Position numbers and translations under genes: made by a program
The notes under the pieces: generated by a model
What the model saw: only the letters and a program-made list of their open reading frames with translations
What the model was told of the DNA's origin: nothing
Databases searched by the model: none
DNA from: Negativicutes bacterium
GTDB taxonomy: Bacteria > Bacillota > Negativicutes > UBA1444
Assembly (NCBI GenBank): GCA_963665275.2
Contig: CAXXIN010000017.1
Location: 127,213-191,212, forward strand
DNA: 64,000 nt
Direction: 5' to 3'
Shown here: piece after piece, positions 61,145 through 64,000 of the stretch
Position numbering within the stretch: position 1 is the stretch's first letter
How the letters are laid out: each line of letters opens with the position of its first letter

Positions 61145-62341
61145 TTATTTTCTTATCAGCGAAATGCACTCTTTCGGGCAAACATAGGCACACAGGCCAC
61201 AACCGTCACACTTGTCGGCGTCACACACTGCGGTTTTTCCCTCCATATGAATAGCCGCGTAGCCGCTATCCAAACAGGAAACTACGCATTTTCCGCAGCC
61301 GATGCATTTTTCACCATCTACATCTGCATGAATTTTATATTCCCGGCTAAGATCAATCTGTTTTGCAATGTGCGGCAGCGCCTTTCCACGGAAACTGTCA
61401 ACGGTCTCAAAATTCATTTTTTCCATATAACTCAACAAGCCAGCCTTAAGGTCATCGATAATGCCATAACCGTTTTCCATGACCGCAGAACATACTTGTA
61501 TCGTTTGAGCTCCCAACGAAATAAACTCGGCTGCATCACGCCAGTTATAAACACCGCCAGTTGCTGAAATAGGCAACTTCGTCGCCATAGCCAGTTGCAT
61601 AACACATCCTAGAGCGATAGGCTTTATAGCCTTGCCGCTAAGTCCCTGCGGTGCGCTCCTGCCATCAACACAGTTATAGGGAACAAAACTGTCGAGATCT
61701 ACTCCAGGAACGGAACGAATGGTGTTAATTGCCGTGATCGCGTCCGCACCTCCGGCCTTGGCGGCAAGCCCTTTGGCCTGTACATTCATTGTTAGCGCCG
61801 TCAACTTAGGGATAACCGGCTTATGGGTTTCTTCTCGCACCCAGGAAACCACCATTCGAATTTTTTCTTCGTCCGCCCCAAGCATCGCGCCACAACCACT
61901 TTCCGCTTGCCCATGCGAACAAGAAAGATTCAGTTCAAAACCATCGGCTCCGGCATCATCAAGGATTCGAGTCGTTTCACGCCATTCCTCTTCTTTGAGA
62001 ACATCAGTATGCATAAGACTAGCCAGCACGCCATGTTCCGGAAACCTTTGTTTGAGCCAAAAGATACTTTGAGCCCATTCATCCAACGTCTTTTGGCTAC
62101 CTATTTCAAAATTGGTAAAACCCATAATCTGATTTTTATTTTTTATGGCATGGATACGGGGATTGACATTTTGTTTGATCCACCGGGGTGAGTATTGTAC
62201 AGTTTTGATAACTGCACCGCCCCACCCCCGTTCGAAACTGCGTGCAATTTGCTCTGCTGAAGTGCTTGGCGGTGCAGATGCAAGCATAAAAGGATTCGGC
62301 ATTTGTATACCTACGAAATTAGTCTGTAATGTAGCCGTCAT
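61145..62341 (-). CDS. preA: Dihydropyrimidine dehydrogenase FMN/Fe-S subunit PreA-like
   Basis: NPFMLASAPP, ELNLSCSHG, PKLT, AINT, two C-terminal CxxCxxC motifs. Confidence 0.8.
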   Translation of the reverse strand: MTATLQTNFVGIQMPNPFMLASAPPSTSAEQIARSFERGWGGAVIKTVQYSPRWIKQNVNPRIHAIKNKNQIMGFTNFEIGSQKTLDEWAQSIFWLKQRFPEHGVLASLMHTDVLKEEEWRETTRILDDAGADGFELNLSCSHGQAESGCGAMLGADEEKIRMVVSWVREETHKPVIPKLTALTMNVQAKGLAAKAGGADAITAINTIRSVPGVDLDSFVPYNCVDGRSAPQGLSGKAIKPIALGCVMQLAMATKLPISATGGVYNWRDAAEFISLGAQTIQVCSAVMENGYGIIDDLKAGLLSYMEKMNFETVDSFRGKALPHIAKQIDLSREYKIHADVDGEKCIGCGKCVVSCLDSGYAAIHMEGKTAVCDADKCDGCGLCAYVCPKECISLIRK

Positions 62342-62370
62342 ATTTCTTTCACTTCCGTTTTCACTCGAAT

Positions 62371-62970
62371 TTACTGCATATCTTTTGCGGTATGCTGCAC
62401 CAGCCTATTGCCAATGAAATCGCTAAACTCCTCAAGGATTTGCTCATTGGTCTTCTCGCGATCGTCCATGGCAAGCCCGTAAATAATAGGAAGTTTCAGT
62501 TGCCGTTCAGCTACTTCCGCCTGCAGTTCCTCAATAAAGATTCCCGGTTTATCCACAAGCACTCGCGGCACTTCCTTGGGACGACCACCCCAGTCTTCGC
62601 AGTAACTCGACTTGTTGATGCCGCATGTAGGCGAACCGTCGCACGTTAAAATCGCGACTACCTCATAGGCAACATTTTCATAATTTTGCAGATAGTCGGC
62701 CATTTGGCCGGCCAATTGTCGGCAGAAACGCCGGTAGCCCACATTATCATAAAGATTACGGCTGTTCCACCAACGTTGGTTTCCCATATACAAAGTTTCT
62801 GGGCATGGCATCTGCATGACTCCCAGGCCGAAATTGTCCATTATCCGGATCACTTCGGAAAACATCCCCGAATAACGGGCAAACTCCCACACTTTGTTAT
62901 TTGCGTTCAGCAGACAGTTGGCCACAAAAATTATTTTTTTACCTCGGGCATCTTCGTTGTGCAATGACAT
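62371..62970 (-). CDS. TudS-related (CD3072-like) putative Fe-S desulfidase
   Basis: IFVANCLLN, QMPCPE, DGSPTCG, GIFIEEL. Confidence 0.7.
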   Translation of the reverse strand: MSLHNEDARGKKIIFVANCLLNANNKVWEFARYSGMFSEVIRIMDNFGLGVMQMPCPETLYMGNQRWWNSRNLYDNVGYRRFCRQLAGQMADYLQNYENVAYEVVAILTCDGSPTCGINKSSYCEDWGGRPKEVPRVLVDKPGIFIEELQAEVAERQLKLPIIYGLAMDDREKTNEQILEEFSDFIGNRLVQHTAKDMQ

Positions 62971-63007
62971 TCTCCAACCCTCGCATTCTTTCAAAACCTC
63001 ATCAGCA

Positions 63008-64000
63008 TTACTTTAATGCTTTGGAAGCTTCCTCCCACGGTTGTGTGTCATAAACTTTGGCGGGGATTTTCTTAATGATCTTATATTTAAGAGCCATTTC
63101 CTCGGTAGCTTTAATATTTTTTTCGTCCATATAGAGCATCTGAGAAGCTTTTCCACCTGCCGGCGCAACAAGTTTGGCAATTTCTTTAGCAAAGTTCAGC
63201 TGATGGTCTTTGTTGTTACTGGCCTGGTCAAGGTATTTCCACACAATATCGGTTGCCGCCCCTGGATCATTGCTGGCGTCGGCCCAGCCCTTCATAGTAG
63301 CTTTCATAAATTTGGCGGCAACCTCTTTGTTCTTCGCTAGCCATTCAGTATTTACGATGAGGCAGTCTTCCAACATGCCACTGTCCTCTTTTTCCAGGTC
63401 AATCACGTTGATGTCGTTTGGACTCAGGCCAGATTTTAGCAGAACAAGATACTCATTATAGGTATGAGCCGAAGCTGCATCCAAGGAGCCGTTGAGAAGA
63501 GCATCCATTGTATTGCCCTGTTTTACAATAGTCACATCTTTATTTCTGTCTATCCCGTATTTGTCTAGCAATGCATATACAGGATATTCAGCCGACCCTA
63601 GCCATGCACCGATCTTTTTTCCCGCAAGATCTTTAGGACTATTAATCCCTTTGTCCTTTTTTGATACCAGAAGGAAAGAGCTCTTCTGGAAAATTTGTCC
63701 AACTTCTGTCACTGGATGACCCTGCTCAATAAACGGCAAAATGCTATAAAGATTGGCAATCCCGAATTCGGCCGCTCCCACCGAAACCTGATTTGTCGAC
63801 ACAAGATCCGGGCCACCGGCTATAAACTGGACATCAAGCCCTTCAGCCGCGTAGTATCCCTTTTCCTTTGCGTAATAAAAGCCCATAAACTGAGCTGATG
63901 GCACCCACTTAAGTTGAAGACGGACTTTGATCGGCCCTTTAGCGTTAGATGCTGTTTCCTTAGAAATCGGTTTCGAGTCACCGCACCCCGCCAAGGACCC
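63008..64000 (-). CDS. ABC transporter substrate-binding lipoprotein, NMT1/THI5 family (5'-truncated by window)
   Basis: LAGC lipobox, LQLKW...QFMGFY.A..KGYY..EGLDV, TYNE. Confidence 0.88.
   Translation of the reverse strand, partial: GSLAGCGDSKPISKETASNAKGPIKVRLQLKWVPSAQFMGFYYAKEKGYYAAEGLDVQFIAGGPDLVSTNQVSVGAAEFGIANLYSILPFIEQGHPVTEVGQIFQKSSFLLVSKKDKGINSPKDLAGKKIGAWLGSAEYPVYALLDKYGIDRNKDVTIVKQGNTMDALLNGSLDAASAHTYNEYLVLLKSGLSPNDINVIDLEKEDSGMLEDCLIVNTEWLAKNKEVAAKFMKATMKGWADASNDPGAATDIVWKYLDQASNNKDHQLNFAKEIAKLVAPAGGKASQMLYMDEKNIKATEEMALKYKIIKKIPAKVYDTQPWEEASKALK

Noticed and set aside
1-64000. CRISPR array, rRNA, transposase or integrase genes
   Set aside because: No regularly spaced repeats or corresponding motifs seen

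Overview
Bacterial chromosomal window, probably from an anaerobic Firmicute and most likely Negativicutes/Sporomusaceae-like. This is inferred from the SigA promoters, a Firmicute-type LexA box, MCP and HD-GYP style, and Sec usage; it was not verified. The window is almost entirely accessory and mostly on the minus strand. 1-34 kb: metal, metalloid and thiol-stress genes (CDF-NifX, MOSC, Sec-peroxiredoxin PrxU, TehA/SLAC1, type IIIA H+-ATPase, TauE, ArsP-type permeases, Acr3, CzcD, ArsR), a hexuronate TRAP/uxuAB operon, and an unusual operon encoding LpdA, an HdrA-like small protein, a ferredoxin, a DGC-GcvH fusion and two DGC proteins. That operon ends in a 100-aa UGA-containing probable selenoprotein gene missing from the ORF track. 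34.9-51.2 kb: segments delimited by three 3' fragments of tRNA-Ala(GGC) (att-like) with shuffled conserved flanks, carrying signalling genes, purL, a Ca-ATPase and a lone ettA. 51.5-57 kb: a CBASS-like defence locus with two different CD-NTases flanking a patatin effector, LexA-boxed dinB, and a decayed tRNA-Ser. 57.3-64 kb: a TudS-like/PreA/cyclic amidohydrolase/carbamoylase/PrpF catabolic operon. Several accessory genes are frameshifted or carry nonsense codons. All calls come from motif recognition by eye; no database searches were run.
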